From positions 122,140,001-122,204,000 of the forward strand of contig NC_086102.1 in the NCBI RefSeq assembly GCF_963921235.1: DNA of 64,000 bases, given 5' to 3'. Numbering within the stretch: the stretch's first letter is position 1; each line of letters begins with the position of its first letter. The translations under genes and the position numbers were made by a program. Positions 52,661 to 64,000 of this stretch are shown here, one piece after another. The stretch is from Mobula hypostoma (Eukaryota). The notes below the pieces were generated by a model. That model made no database searches and had not been told where the DNA came from. It worked only from the letters and a program-made list of their open reading frames with translations.

Positions 52661-54317
52661 CAAAGGTCACATCGAATTGGCTAAAAACTGTCATCTGGGG
52701 TAATGGAGGAGTTAAGGAGGTCGAGAAGGACCATCCACTCAACATTTCTGACTGAAGGTGTTTTGAAATACTTCAGCCTGCTCTGGCACTCGTCCTTGTC
52801 ATCACCATGGATGGGGATAAAATAAATAGATTTCCGTTTATATAACTTCTCTAATGTCCCTTTCAAGATAGTGCAAAGTGCTTCATAGTGAATTACCTCC
52901 CTCTGCTAATGGATACTCGACTTCCTCATCAGGAGACCAGTCAGTGCAGATTGGAAATAGCATCTCCTCCTCACTGACAATCAACACCGAAGCACTTCAA
53001 GGATGTGAGCTTAGCCCATTGCCCTACCCTCTGTGCAATTTGTCGTATTTTAATGTATTACTGCCACAGAACAACGTTTCACAACACATATTGGTGATAT
53101 TAAATCTGATTCTGATTCTAAACACTTTTAATATGTAGTCACTACAACACTGTAAAAGGTATGACAGCCAATTAGCACATAACCAACTACTACACACAGT
53201 AATGCAATAAAGATCAGATAATATTTGTACAATTATGAATCAGGTACAAATATTGGCCAGATTACTGTTTTTCAATACCGTACCATGGACTCAGTACCAA
53301 GAACAGTACAGCACAGGAAAAGCCCATTGTGCCACAATATCTAAGTCAACGTAAACTGCAGATGGTCTATTTCTGTCAATTCCCTGCCTGTTCATATGTC
53401 TTCCAAATTGCCTCTTAAATATTGTTAATGTATCTACTTCTATTACTTCTCCTGGCAGTGCTTTCCAGGCACTTAATGCTGGACAAGAAAATGTGCCATC
53501 TAAAGCTCCGTTAAATCGAATGCCTCAAAACACTTTTTCCCAGGGCGGAAATGGTTAATATGATGGATGATTGGAGGAAAGTATAGGAGGGATGTCAAAG
53601 GCAAGTTGTTTTTCCTTAAAAATCAGAGTGGTTGGTGTGTGGAATACCCTGCCAAGGGCCGTGATAGAGGCAGACATCTTGGGGATATTTAAAAGACTCT
53701 TAGATGGGCACATTGATGATAGAAGAATGATTGGCTATGTGGGAGAGAAGGGTTAATTTGATCTTAACAGCAGGTTAAAGGGTCGGCTCAAAATCGTGGG
53801 AGGAGGGCATACCGTAATATTCTATGTTCTAAACTTCACCCCTCTCTCTTTAAAACTATGCTGTCTAGTATTTGACATTTCCACTCCGGGAAAATACTCT
53901 CTACTTTCTCTATGCCTCTCATGATTTTATATACTTGAATCAGGTCACTTCTCAGTCTCTAACACTGCAGAGAACAGTCCAAGCTTCAGTCATCAGCTTG
54001 ACATTCTGAAGACACCAGCAGAAGTGCCACACTCCTTCAGCACTGTACTTAAATGTCAACCTAGAGTTTTGTGCCAAAGTCTCTGATGTAAGAACTGAAC
54101 TCTCAGAATAGGTGCTTATGGAATCACCATCTTCCTTCCACTGTTATTTAAATGTCAATCACTATAGGTTGGACGTGTCAGGATTGCAGAGCTATGCACT
54201 AATCTTAAGGCAATGGCATTTTATGCTTATGGTAACAAAAAAAAATCAATATTCTTTCCAAGTAAGTTTATTCACCAGTGGTTAGTTCTTAACAGTGCAC
54301 TCAGTGTATTTTCTTAC

Positions 54318-54374
54318 CGGCAAAACACATGCTCACAGCCTCCAAGACAGACTGGCTCCTGCAGCAGCTTGTTA
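54318..54374 (-). CDS. BARD1: BARD1 coding exon 2 (57 bp)
   Basis: TTTCAG acceptor and GTAAG donor. Translates (C)NKLLQEPVCLGGCEHVFC(R), cf. human TNILREPVCLGGCEHIFCS. Phase matches exons 1 and 3; 57 bp is the length I recall for human exon 2. Confidence 0.95.
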
Positions 54375-54585
54375 CTGAAATACAGAAACACAATCATCAA
54401 AAACTTGTTTAACAGAAAATAATATGTATTTTTTTTCTCTATAAACAAACACTTATGCAAAATTAAAACTGGAAACATACAAAGAACAGAAAAGAAATCT
54501 CATTACAATGCAACCTTATGCACTTAACAAGATAATGACCAGGCTATCTGGGTTGCTTCTTTTGACTTTGCCAAAGGGGCCAGGA

Positions 54586-55361
54586 CAACGGTCCCCAACC
54601 ACCGGGCCGCAAAACATGTGCTACTGGGCCGCAAGGAAATGATACGATTTGGCGATATGAAACGATATGAGTCAGCTGCACCTTTCCTCATTCCCTGTCA
54701 CGCACTGTTGAACTTGAACATAGGGTTGCCAACTGTGCCGTATTTGCTGGGACATCCCATATATTGGGCTAAATTGGTTTGTTCCAGATGGGACTGCCCC
54801 GTATCGTATTTCCCCCGCTAAAGTAGAGCGTTCCTATGAAATCGTTCGTGCCGAAATGGTGTAAAGTGAAGAAGCAACTACCATTAAGTTATATGGGAAA
54901 AATTTTTGAGCGTTCCCAGGCCCAAAACATAACCTACCAAATCATACCAAATAACACATAAAACATAAAATAACACTAACAGATAGTAAAAGCAGGAGTG
55001 ATATGATAAATACACAGCCTATATAAAGTAGAAATAATGTATGTACAGTGCAGTCGGGAAGATTAAGCCAAAACCGATTTGTGGAAACAAAAATCGGCAT
55101 GTACACACATCACATATACCCACGAAAGGCGTCATGGTAGACTTTCTCGGGGTAAACGCAAGTGTCCTATATTTGACTGCTACTTTTGTCCCTCATTTGG
55201 GAGTGAGAAAGTTGGCAACCCTAACTGTAAAAGACATGTTGAGGTGAGTTTAACCCAACTTGAACATCCCCCCCCCCCACCCCCCAGTCAGCCAGTCCGC
55301 AAGAGTATTGTCAATACAGTATTAAACCGGTCCACAGTGCAAAAGAGGTTGGGGTCCCCTG
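54586..55361 (+). mobile_element. Non-autonomous hAT (Charlie-like) composite element, same family as 5490-6660
   Basis: Same TIRs and subterminal sequence; TSD GGCCAGGA/GACTAGGA (6/8). Confidence 0.85.
54721..55223. mobile_element. Nested second TIR element (hAT Blackjack-like ends)
   Basis: TAGGGTTGCCAACT..AGTTGGCAACCCTA perfect 14-bp inverted repeats; no TSD seen. Confidence 0.7.
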
Positions 55362-55419
55362 GACTAGGATAACTGGACAAAAGCATCTGACCACTTCCAC
55401 ATCCACTTGAAACACTGCA

Positions 55420-55950
55420 TATTGGTTTATCATTGTCACAAGTAACAAGAAACAGTGAAAAGCTTTTTGTTTGCATGCCACACATGTTCATTTGAGGTAG
55501 TAATAAAAACAGGAAGGAGAATATAGTGTTGTAGCTACACAGAAAGTGCGGTGCAACTAAACAAATAAAATGCAAAGGCCACGATGAAATAGATTGGGAG
55601 ATCAACAGCTCAGCCTTAGAGCACATAAACATCCACTTAAGAGTCTGATAACAACAGAGTTGAAGTCGTCCTCAAGTCTGGTGGAACGTGACTTCAAGCT
55701 TTTGTATTTTCTGCCCAATGGGAGAGGACAGAAAAAATAACCAACATGGGAGAGGTCCTTGAATACAAGGGCTGCTTTCCTGAAACAGGGCAAAATGTAG
55801 TAAGAGACAACGGTGGGGTGGATGGTTTGGGATAAACTAGGCTGTGTTCACAACTGTGCAATTTTTTATGAACCTGTGCAAAGCAATTACAATAGCAAGC
55901 TATGATGCATTCGGCTAAGTTGCCTTCTGTGGTGCATTTATTAAAAATAA
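55420..55950 (-). mobile_element. Rex-Babar LINE 3' fragment
   Basis: PLPLGRKYKSLKSRSTRL..VIRLL C-terminal motif. Confidence 0.65.
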
Positions 55951-55959
55951 CAAGGGACA

Positions 55960-56750
55960 TGCTGAGGTGGTGACAAGAGGGCGTACAGGAACGGGATATG
56001 CCAACCAGTGGAGAGGTCATGCAACAACCACCTGGCACTCAACATCAGTCCCACGAAGGAACACATACCAATCCTCATAGAGGGATCAGAAGTGGAGACA
56101 GTGAGCAGTTCCTGGGTGTCAAGATCTCTGAGGACCTAACCTGGTCCCAACATATGGATGCAATTATAAAGAAGACAAGAGAGCAGCTATACTTCATTAG
56201 GAGTTTGAAGAGATTTGATATGTCAACAAATAGACTTTAAAAACTTCTATAGGTGTACTGAGGAGAGCATTCTGACGGGCTGCATCACTGTCTGGTATGG
56301 GGGGCGGGGTGCTACTGCACAGGACCGAAAGCAGCTGCAGAGGGTTGTAAATTTAGTCGGCTCTTTGTACTAGCCTACAAAATACCCAGGACATCTTCAA
56401 GGAGCAATGTCTCAGAAAGGCAGTGTCCATTATTAAGGACCTCCAGCACCCAGAACGTGCCCTTTTCCCACTGTTACCATCAGGTAGGAGGTACAGAAGC
56501 CTGAAGGCACACACAGTGATTCAGGAACAGCTTCTTTCCCTCTGCCATCCGTTTCCTAAATGGATATTGAACCCGTGAACACTATTTCTGTTTTTTTGCA
56601 CAATTTTTAATCCATTCAATATACAATATGCTGCAATTGATCTACTTACTCATTTTTTAATTATGTTTTTTTTAATATTATGTATTGCCTTGAACTGCTG
56701 CTAAGTTAACGAATTTCATGTCACATGCCAGTGATGATAAACCTGATTCT
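55960..56750 (+). mobile_element. Rex-Babar LINE 3' fragment
   Basis: FLGVKISEDLTWSQH..IIKK.REQLYFIRSLKRF and an AAACCTGATTCTGA tail. Confidence 0.8.
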
Positions 56751-57068
56751 GAATTTCCTTTGCCTTCTGAAGTAGAGGTTTTAGTGTGCTTTCTTGGCTG
56801 CGGCATCAACATATCAACATTCCCACACACTTTAAACTCAAAGTTCACATGAAAATTTATTATATTACAGTGCAGCAATAAAGAAGGTGAATCAACCCTT
56901 TGTTGTATTAATGGGAGTGATATCCAATAGTCTGGAAAATTTGCTAGTCCAACATCAAAGTCCCGAGGGCACCAGATTATCAGTTATACTGAAATCTTTT
57001 ACATCCATCTAAAAATGGGGCAACACTGATTTTAACATTCATCTTTGAGATGGCATGGAACATAGTTT

Positions 57069-57295
57069 CACACAAATAAAATGCTACTGGAACTCGGCAA
57101 ATCAGGCAGCATCCAAGAAGGGTATGTACAGTTGATCTTTTAGTCAGTGACCCTTAATCAGGCCTGATAAAGGGTCTCAGCCCAAAACATCAACTGTTTA
57201 TTCCCCTCCATAGATGCTATCTGACTTCTTCAGTTCCTCCAGCATTTTGTACGTTTGGTTCAATATTTCAAGCATCTGTAGAAACTCTTGTATTT
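57069..57295. mobile_element. Short palindromic Penelope-end unit
   Basis: Head-to-head copies of the hammerhead-bearing end, centred on TCAGGCCTGA (57158-57167). Confidence 0.75.
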
Positions 57296-57990
57296 ATGAA
57301 ACTTGCTTGGTGCCTTGGGGTTGCTTGCATCTTCAGACACTGACTCAGATTGTGTACATTGCTGCCTAGATTGAATCAACTAGGTAAAAGCCACTTCTAA
57401 ACTGGGTGGAAAGTCACTCAGCTACATACAATCAATTAAAAGATAAACTTTATTCATGCAAAAGGACGATGAGCAATATACCTCCTAACTAAATCAAAGA
57501 AATACCGGTGTGGGCACAATACGTAAAGCCTTGTCTATCAGGAGTCAGTGCATCGAGGATCAGTGTGGAATGACCAGACCCACTCACGACAATGACACCA
57601 TGCAGGGGCTAGCATTAATCTAACTGAACATACATAAACTGACAGTTGTATCTTGGGTGCTCGATGTCCTTCGCCCCCATGTCCGGTCAGTGACCCCCTA
57701 TTCCCCCTCCAGCACTGTACAGTCAGTGAGCACTACGTCCTAGCCACTAGGTGATCACCCCACCCACCCATCCATCCATCCATCCATCCATTAAAACCTA
57801 ACCCGCCACCTCAGTCTGACCAGTGACACCCCCGTCCCCTCGGTCCACCTAGTGACCCCGTGTCCCTCTGGTCAGTCAGTGATTCCCAGCCACCCCCACA
57901 CCTCCCCGTCCGGTTCACTTAGTCAGGTCTGCAGCCGGAAGGTCAGCCCGCAGTCCCCAGCTCCGTCCAAAGAGCACAAACAAGAGTTAC

Positions 57991-58124
57991 CAACTCGAGC
58001 ACTGCAACAAAAGCTGCAGCGCGGCCAAAGCCTTGGTAGTCCGAGGCCACGCCGGCGTCAGTCCCGTTACGGGCCCGGATTCAGGTCCCGACATCTCAAG
58101 CTGCTCCGACTTTATCTCCGCCAT
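57991..58124 (-). CDS. BARD1: BRCA1-associated RING domain protein 1, coding exon 1
   Basis: ATG at 58124 in AAAATGG context. Translates MAEIKSEQLEMSGPESGPVTGLTPAWPRTTKALAALQLLLQCSS-C, matching the BARD1 motif AW..SRAAL..LEKLLRCSRC. Ends TG|GTAACT (phase 2 donor). Lies in a CpG island. Confidence 0.9.
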
Positions 58125-58185
58125 TTTCCGCTCGCGCCAAAATTCAGACGGAAGCAGGCGGGGACTCGTCTCTGACGGGCAGCCC

Positions 58186-58411
58186 GAGGGCGAGGCCTCC
58201 GCGCAGACAACAGCACGTGAGATGGGGGCGGAGCGTCCCCGCTAACAACAGCACGTGGGATGGAGCATGGCCACACCGAGGGGCGGGGCCTCCCCTCTAA
58301 CAACTGCACGAGGGATGAGGGCGGGGCCACCCAGCTGACAACAGCACGTGGGATGGAGCGTGGCCTCCCCGCTAACAGACAGTCCGAGGGGCGTGGCCTC
58401 CAACCAACAGC
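58186..58411. repeat. Imperfect ~38-bp tandem repeat (about 6 units) in the promoter
   Basis: Recurring unit approximately GGGCGGGGCCTCCCCGCTAACAACAGCACGTGGGAT. Confidence 0.7.
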
Positions 58412-58693
58412 TCCTGAGGCAACTCTCACAAAATGCTGGCTGGAGTGACTCAGCAAGTCAGATAACATCTATCCATCCCACAAGGGATTGGGACCGCTTC
58501 TGCTTACGTCAACTGAGGGGCGGAGCCTCTGTCCTGAGGGGGAAGGGGAGGGGCTTTTACTTACCTGCCGAGCTTCCACTGACGGGCAGGTGAGGGGCGG
58601 GGCCACCGATATGACAGGTAGGCACGTGTGACGACGGCTCCCAGAAGTACTGTGTCCGCTCACCTATATATCGGTGAGACCCGATTTCGCCGG

Positions 58694-59645
58694 GCCTCCT
58701 CCCTCACTACCGTTCAGGGCCCAAACAGTCCTTCCCTTCCCAGGTGAGGCGACACTTCACCTGTGAGGCTGTAGGGGTCACGTCCTGGATCCGGTGCAGT
58801 CTCCTGTACATAGGTGAGACCCGACGTAGATCGGGAGACCACTTCGCCCAGCACTTGCACTCCATCCGCCATCCACCAGAAGAAGCAGGATCTCCCAATG
58901 GCCCTCACAACACACTGGGGGAACTCAGCAGGTCGGGCAGCGTCCGTGGAAACGATCAGTCAACGTTTAGGGCCGGCTGACGAAGGGTTCCCGCCCGAAA
59001 CGTTGACTGATCATTTCCACCGATGCTGCCCGACCTGCTGAGTTCCCCCAGCGTGTTGTGAGTGCTGCTTTGACCCCAGCATCTGCAGGGTATTTTGTGT
59101 TTATCTACCAGTGGCCACCCATTTTAATTCAATTCCCATTCCAATATGTCAATCCATAGCCTCCTCTACTGTCGCGATGAGGCCGCATTCAGGTTCGAGG
59201 AGCAACACCTTATATTTTCTCTGGGTAGCCTCCAACCTGAAGGCGCGAACATCAATTTCTCGACCTTCTGGTTATGTGCCCACCCCCCCTTCACCATTCC
59301 CCATCCCCATTTCCCTCTCTCACCTTATCTCCTTGCCCACCCATCGCCAGTCTCCAATGCCCTTTTCTTCCTACCATGTTCATTCATGTCGATCTCCCCC
59401 TTCTCCAGTCCTGTCTCTTACACCAATCAACTTCCCATCTCTCTACTTCACCTTCCCGATTTCACCTATCACCTGCTGTTTCTTCCTGTCCTCATCTTTT
59501 TTTTCTGCAGTCCTGCTAAAGGATCTCAATCCAAAACATCGACTGTACTCTTTTCCATAGATGCTGCCAGGCCTGCTGAGTTCCTCCAGCATTTTGTGTG
59601 TGTTGCTTGGATTCCCAGCATCTGCAGATTTTCTCCTGTTTGTTT
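58694..59645 (+). mobile_element. Penelope-like 3' part with GIY-YIG domain
   Basis: RRHFTCEAVGVTSWIRCSLLYIGETRRRSGDHFAQHL; 3' end with degenerate hammerhead. Confidence 0.88.
58904..59102. mobile_element. 199-bp hairpin Penelope-end unit inserted into another Penelope copy
   Basis: Inverted arms 58904-~58968 and ~58998-59062, with core CTGACGA..GAAAC between them. TSD ATCTCCCAATGGCC/ATCTACCAGTGGCC (12/14). Confidence 0.85.
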
Positions 59646-60499
59646 TTAGAAAAAGGTTCCTGATCGCTGGCTCCAAGCAGGTGATTAACACAGAGCAGGA
59701 ACAGTATGAGAGTGAGGAGTGAAGCTGCTTGGGGAAGTTCATTGTGATGCTGGAGGGTTTGCTTTCGCTGTAGTTCTGCACAAAACAAGTTATTGGTATG
59801 GCCAATTTGGGAGCGGGGTTGGTGTTAGGGCAGGAACTTGCGATGGCTGACAGAGCAGGTTGTTGGGCGTTCGTGAAGTGGGGCTCATCCTCACCCACTT
59901 AGTCGAGTTTATAATCATATGCAGAAGTACAAGAAAAAAAAGCTTGCAGTGGCCTCACGTGCTTGTAGGCACTGACAACACACGGAATTTTACAGTATGG
60001 TAGTTGTCTGTCATTTCTGACATTGACAGCGTAAGTTTTTAAAATGGAAAAGTCGTTGCACTGTGGTAGTTCCATTCTCTCAACCTCGGAAGTCTGGGCC
60101 CAGTGGTACAAATGGTTGTCAAAACTGGGGTCTCCTTGGTTGTAGTGGATGACCATGACTTCTTCTGTGCCTCATCATTCCCTTTGCTCTCCACAGCAGA
60201 ACCCCCTTCCTAGCTGTTGGATCTCATCCGCACAGTCAACCAGATCCGGCTTCATGTGCTAGCAAGGCATGTCCCTACTCAGCTGCTTTAAGACCCACCA
60301 GCTACCCTCACCTGCTTGAGTGCACCTGTCTAAGTGGTGTACTGGGGTGTGGCTGCTGTCACATGCCAACAGTTACTTGGAGCCACAGGTGACAGCTGAC
60401 TGTCTGGTGGGGACCAAAGATAAGTGAGTTGCCCCAGATTAGATGTGACAAGCCCCATCACCAGTGGTGCTACCCCTCCCTGGACACCCCATACGCCCT

Positions 60500-61330
60500 C
60501 TGGCAGTTACCAGCAGTATAAATAGCATAACTGTATACAGTATATTACACAAGACAGTGGAAAGACAAAATAAAAGTGTGCAAAAACAAGACCTTAGAGC
60601 AGGGGTGGCCAACCTTTTACATTCCAAGCGTCAATTTTTTCACACACAAGTTCAGATACGTTTTTTTCATGCACAAGTTCTATATTAAAGTATTTTTACA
60701 AGAATTGAGTGGGGGGTACAAGAGTTGTATGGCGCATCTGAACTTGTGAGTTAAAAAAATTGATGCATGGAATGTAAAAGGTTGGCCACCCCTGCCTTAG
60801 ATCATAAAAAAAGATACAATCTAAAGTGATAGTGCAAGAGATGGTCCGTAGTATTCTGTTGCTGAAGTAGTTAGGGTTGTGCATGTTAGTTCAAGAACCT
60901 GATGGCTGTAGCAAAGTAGCTGTCGCTGAGCTTAAGTGATGTGGGACTTCAGGCTTCTGTATCTCTTGCCCCAAGAGAGCAGAAGGAAGTGGGCATGATG
61001 TCCCAAATGGTGGGAATCCTTGATGATAGGTACTGCCTTCTTAAGGCAGCTCCTCCTAAAGATGCTGTCAATGGTGGGGAGGACTATGCTCATTTTGGAC
61101 TGGGCCACATCCACCTACTCTCCTCTGCAGCCTCTTACATTCTTGTGTATTGGAATTGCTGCACTAGACCCAGATGCAACCAGTCAGGGTACATTCTACA
61201 GTGCATCTGTAGACGCTTGTAACAGTATTTGGTGATGTGTCAAATCTCCTTAAGCTTGTAAGAAAGTAAGAGGTGCTGCCATGTGGCTACGGGCTGGACC
61301 CAGGGCAGGTCATCTGAGATGTTAATGCCC
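60500..61330 (-). mobile_element. Rex-Babar LINE 3' fragment interrupted by the MITE
   Basis: CLKKAVPIIKDSHH.GH..FLLLSWGKRYRSLKS. Confidence 0.7.
60600..60794. mobile_element. hAT-type MITE
   Basis: Long TIRs CAGGGGTGGCCAACCTTTTACATTCCA; TSD CCTTAGAG/CCTTAGAT. Confidence 0.88.
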
Positions 61331-61599
61331 AGGATGTAGAAACTGCTGTATTGTCTCCCAACCTCCTAATTCCGAAGTCAACAATGGTTTTGGTGTTGTT
61401 AAACATAAGGTGGTTATTGCAGCAACATTCAACTCAGACCAGACTCTGGGCTTTTGTTCACTCTTAATGGAAATTCTTAATGCCACTCCAAATAGATGAT
61501 TAGGAACCAGTGGAGGCATTATCCCTTATCAAGGGTGCATTTAGCACATCCACCTGGTAGTATCTTCCAGTGACAGAGTTTGTTGTTCAGAACCAACTG

Positions 61600-61601
<2 letters not shown>

Positions 61602-61638
<37 letters not shown>

Positions 61639-61795
61639 CAAGTCAGGCAGCATCTACGGAGGTTGCTGATGAAAGTTCTCAGCCCAAAATGTGAACTGTT
61701 TTCTTGCCCCTCCAAAGATGCTTGCTGAGTTCTTCCACTATTTTGTGTGTGTTGCTCAGGATTTCCAGCATCTTCAGAATCTCTGGTGTTTCTAA
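61602..61795. mobile_element. (CA)n-headed short palindromic Penelope-end unit
   Basis: (CA)~17 followed by an inverted GTCAGGCAGCATCTA, then CTGATGA..CCCAAAATGT and the standard 3' tail. Confidence 0.6.
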
Positions 61796-62259
61796 TTAGT
61801 TCCTTGATATTGGCTTGTTTGTCTTGCGAATGGTTTTCAAGGACTTTCTATGGAGACTCTGCTTGCTGTAAGGCATCAGGCAGAAGGCAGGGATCACTGC
61901 TGTCCATAAGACCATGGGTTATTTGCTGGGGTTGTAATCTTTATCTTCAGTACACTTTTCATCAAATGACCTGTATCTTTCCAAGTACATTGAAGGTAGC
62001 TGTGATTTTTTTTTACACCAGTCTGTGGACATTTACTTTTTGGGGAATTGTGATGTATGGTGGGGGAGCTTGGTTTTGCAAGTGTTTAGTTGAAGACCCA
62101 GTTTCATATATATATTACTTAACTGAATATGTCAATTTTGACAAAGCCCACTTAAGAAGAACACATATAGGTTACAAATGCCTGACTTATGGACACCCAT
62201 ACATGTGAACAAGCTCTCTTAAGTATTACTAAATTCAAACAAGAACCAGTCTTCAAATA

Positions 62260-62416
62260 AGGATGTGACTAAACACATTGATGAGGGTAGAGCCATAGAT
62301 GTAGTGTATATGGATTTTAGCAAGGCATTTGATAAGGTTCCCCATGCAAGGCTTATTGAGAAAGTAAGGAGGCATGGGATCCAAGGGGACATTGCTTTGT
62401 GGATCCAGAACTGGCT
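62260..62416 (+). mobile_element. CR1 RT fragment, near-duplicate of ~62991-63146
   Basis: DVTKHIDEGRAIDVVYMDFSKAFDKVPHARL segment occurs twice. Confidence 0.85.
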
Positions 62417-62871
62417 GCACAGCCATCTGAAGACCCACCAATAGACAACCCCTTAGGAGAACATTATACTCGACTTGAGTGATCACTATTGCTACAATAA
62501 GATGGACCCTTGACCTCACAATCCACCTGGTTATGGCCTTGCACCATATTGTCTGCCTACACTGAACTCTCCCTGTAACTGTAACACTTCATTCTGCCTT
62601 CTGTCATTGCTTTTTCCCTTGTACTACCCAAATGCAGTTATGACATAATGATCTTTATGGTTGGCAAGCAAGTAACTCACTACATGAGGCAAAAGCAGAA
62701 TCAGCTCGTCAACTTAATATTGCTTTTGCATCAAATTTACAACACAGATGGAGGCCATTCAGCCCTTTGAGACTGTTCAAACCCAACTTTCTCTTTGACC
62801 TGGAAGCTACAGCAATTACTGGGGTTAGATATCTGTTCAGCTCATCCATTACTGCAGTCTGCTTATGATCC

Positions 62872-63579
62872 TTGCTTGCTTCAGTGGTTGGTAAGTTGAT
62901 GGAGAAGATCCTGAGAGGCAGGATTTATGAACATTTGGAGAGGCATAATATGATTAGGAATAGTCAGCATGGCTTTGTCAAATTTTTTGAAGATGTGACA
63001 AAACACATTGATGAAGGTAGAGCCATAGATGTAGTGTATATGGATTTCAGCAAGGCATTTGATAAGGTACCCCATGCAAGGCTTATTGAGAAAGTAAGGA
63101 GGCATGGGATTCAAGGGGACATTGCTTTGTGGATCCAGAACTGGCTTGACCACAGAAGGCAAAGAGTGTTTGTAGACGGGTCATATTCTGCATGGAGGCT
63201 GGTGACCAGTGGTGTGCCTCAGGGATCCGTTCTGGGACCCCTACTCTTTGTGATTTTTGTAAATGACCTAGATGAGGAAGTGGAGGGATGGGTTAGTAAA
63301 TTTGCTGATGACACAAAGGTTGGGGGTGTTGTGGATAGTGTGGAGGGCTGTCAGAGGTTACAACGGGACATTGATAAGATGCAAAACTGGGTTGAGAAAT
63401 GGCAGATGGAGTTCAACCCAGATAAGTGTGAGGTGGTTCATTTTGGTAGGTCAAATATGATGGCATTAATGGCAAGACTCTTAGCAGTATGGAGGATCAG
63501 AGGGGTCCTGGGGTCTGAGTCCATAGGACACTCAAAGCTGCTACGCAGGTTGACTCTGTGGTTAAGAAGGCATACGGTG
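62872..63579 (+). mobile_element. CR1 RT fragment
   Basis: SQHGF, YMDFSKAFDKV, GVPQGSVLGPLLF and KFADDTK; internal deletions. Confidence 0.92.
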
Positions 63580-64000
63580 CAGCCGCTCGCCCCTGGATTC
63601 GGAACGGCATTGCTTAAACACGAGCCTGTGAGCAGCCATTTGCAAGATGAGTTCTGAGGTGTTGGAAAAGCCTGAAAGAGCTCGTAAGGGTGTTACACTT
63701 AGCGTAAAACTAGACATAATTATGCGTTTCGATTGTGGTGAACGAAGCAAAGACAAAGTGAGTTTGGCTTGTGGAAGCTGACGAAGATGATGTTGAAGAG
63801 GTTTTGGCATCCCATGACCAAGAACTGATAGAAGAAGAGCTGATGCAATTGGAAGAGGAAAGAATAACAATCGAAACCGAATGCAGAAAGTGAAGCAACT
63901 GTGTGAGATTTTCGCTGCAATGATAAAGTACAACATTAATTTTGAAAGGGTACATAGGTTTAGGGGATATTTTCAGGATGTTTTGAGTCCTTACAAAGAA
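63580..64000 (+). mobile_element. Internally deleted Tigger/pogo element
   Basis: ATG 63647 MSSEVLEKPERARKGVTLSVKLDII (psq-type HTH start) abuts a Tigger C-terminal DVEEVLASHDQELIEEELMQLEEE. Confidence 0.75.

Larger units (their letters stand above)
57830..58700 (-). promoter_or_regulatory. BARD1 CpG-island promoter with GC boxes, E-boxes and an E2F-like site
   Basis: Local CpG/GC enrichment around exon 1. Several GGGCGGGGC boxes. CACGTG at 58214, 58252, 58345 and 58623. TTTTGGCGCG (E2F-like, minus strand) at about 58133-58142, just upstream of the ATG. Confidence 0.75.

Noticed and set aside
59443-59898. 151-aa minus ORF as an upstream BARD1 exon or separate gene
   Set aside because: Nearly half is antisense Penelope tail and it has no recognisable domain; BARD1 already has a good ATG exon.
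61747-62208. 153-aa plus ORF as a divergent gene
   Set aside because: Starts within a Penelope tail, has no recognisable motif and no splice support.

Overview
Eukaryotic, repeat-dense vertebrate DNA. The TE complement (CR1, Rex-Babar, Penelope-like, V-SINE, PNMA-gag Gypsy) suggests a cartilaginous fish, probably a ray; this is an inference. The only host gene I can support is BARD1 on the minus strand. It has a CpG-island promoter at about 58.1-58.7 kb and coding exons 1-3 (57991-58124, 54318-54374, 40440-40588) that splice into a complete RING domain. No exon 4 is visible, so everything left of 40440 is probably a >40 kb intron 3. Most of the remaining recognisable sequence is nested transposon material: two internally deleted Gypsy proviruses with TSDs (one with about 99% identical LTRs), solo LTRs, and a decayed Tx1/Keno-like LINE fused to U2 snRNA nt ~1-40. 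There is also an L1 with a twin-priming 5' inversion, about 12 Penelope-derived hammerhead ribozyme motifs (several in TSD-flanked palindromic units), composite hAT MITEs, Tc1 and Tigger remnants, and many CR1 and Rex-Babar fragments. No CRISPR array, rRNA or intact tRNA was seen. Boundaries of old repeats are approximate, and family names come from motif recognition, not database searches.
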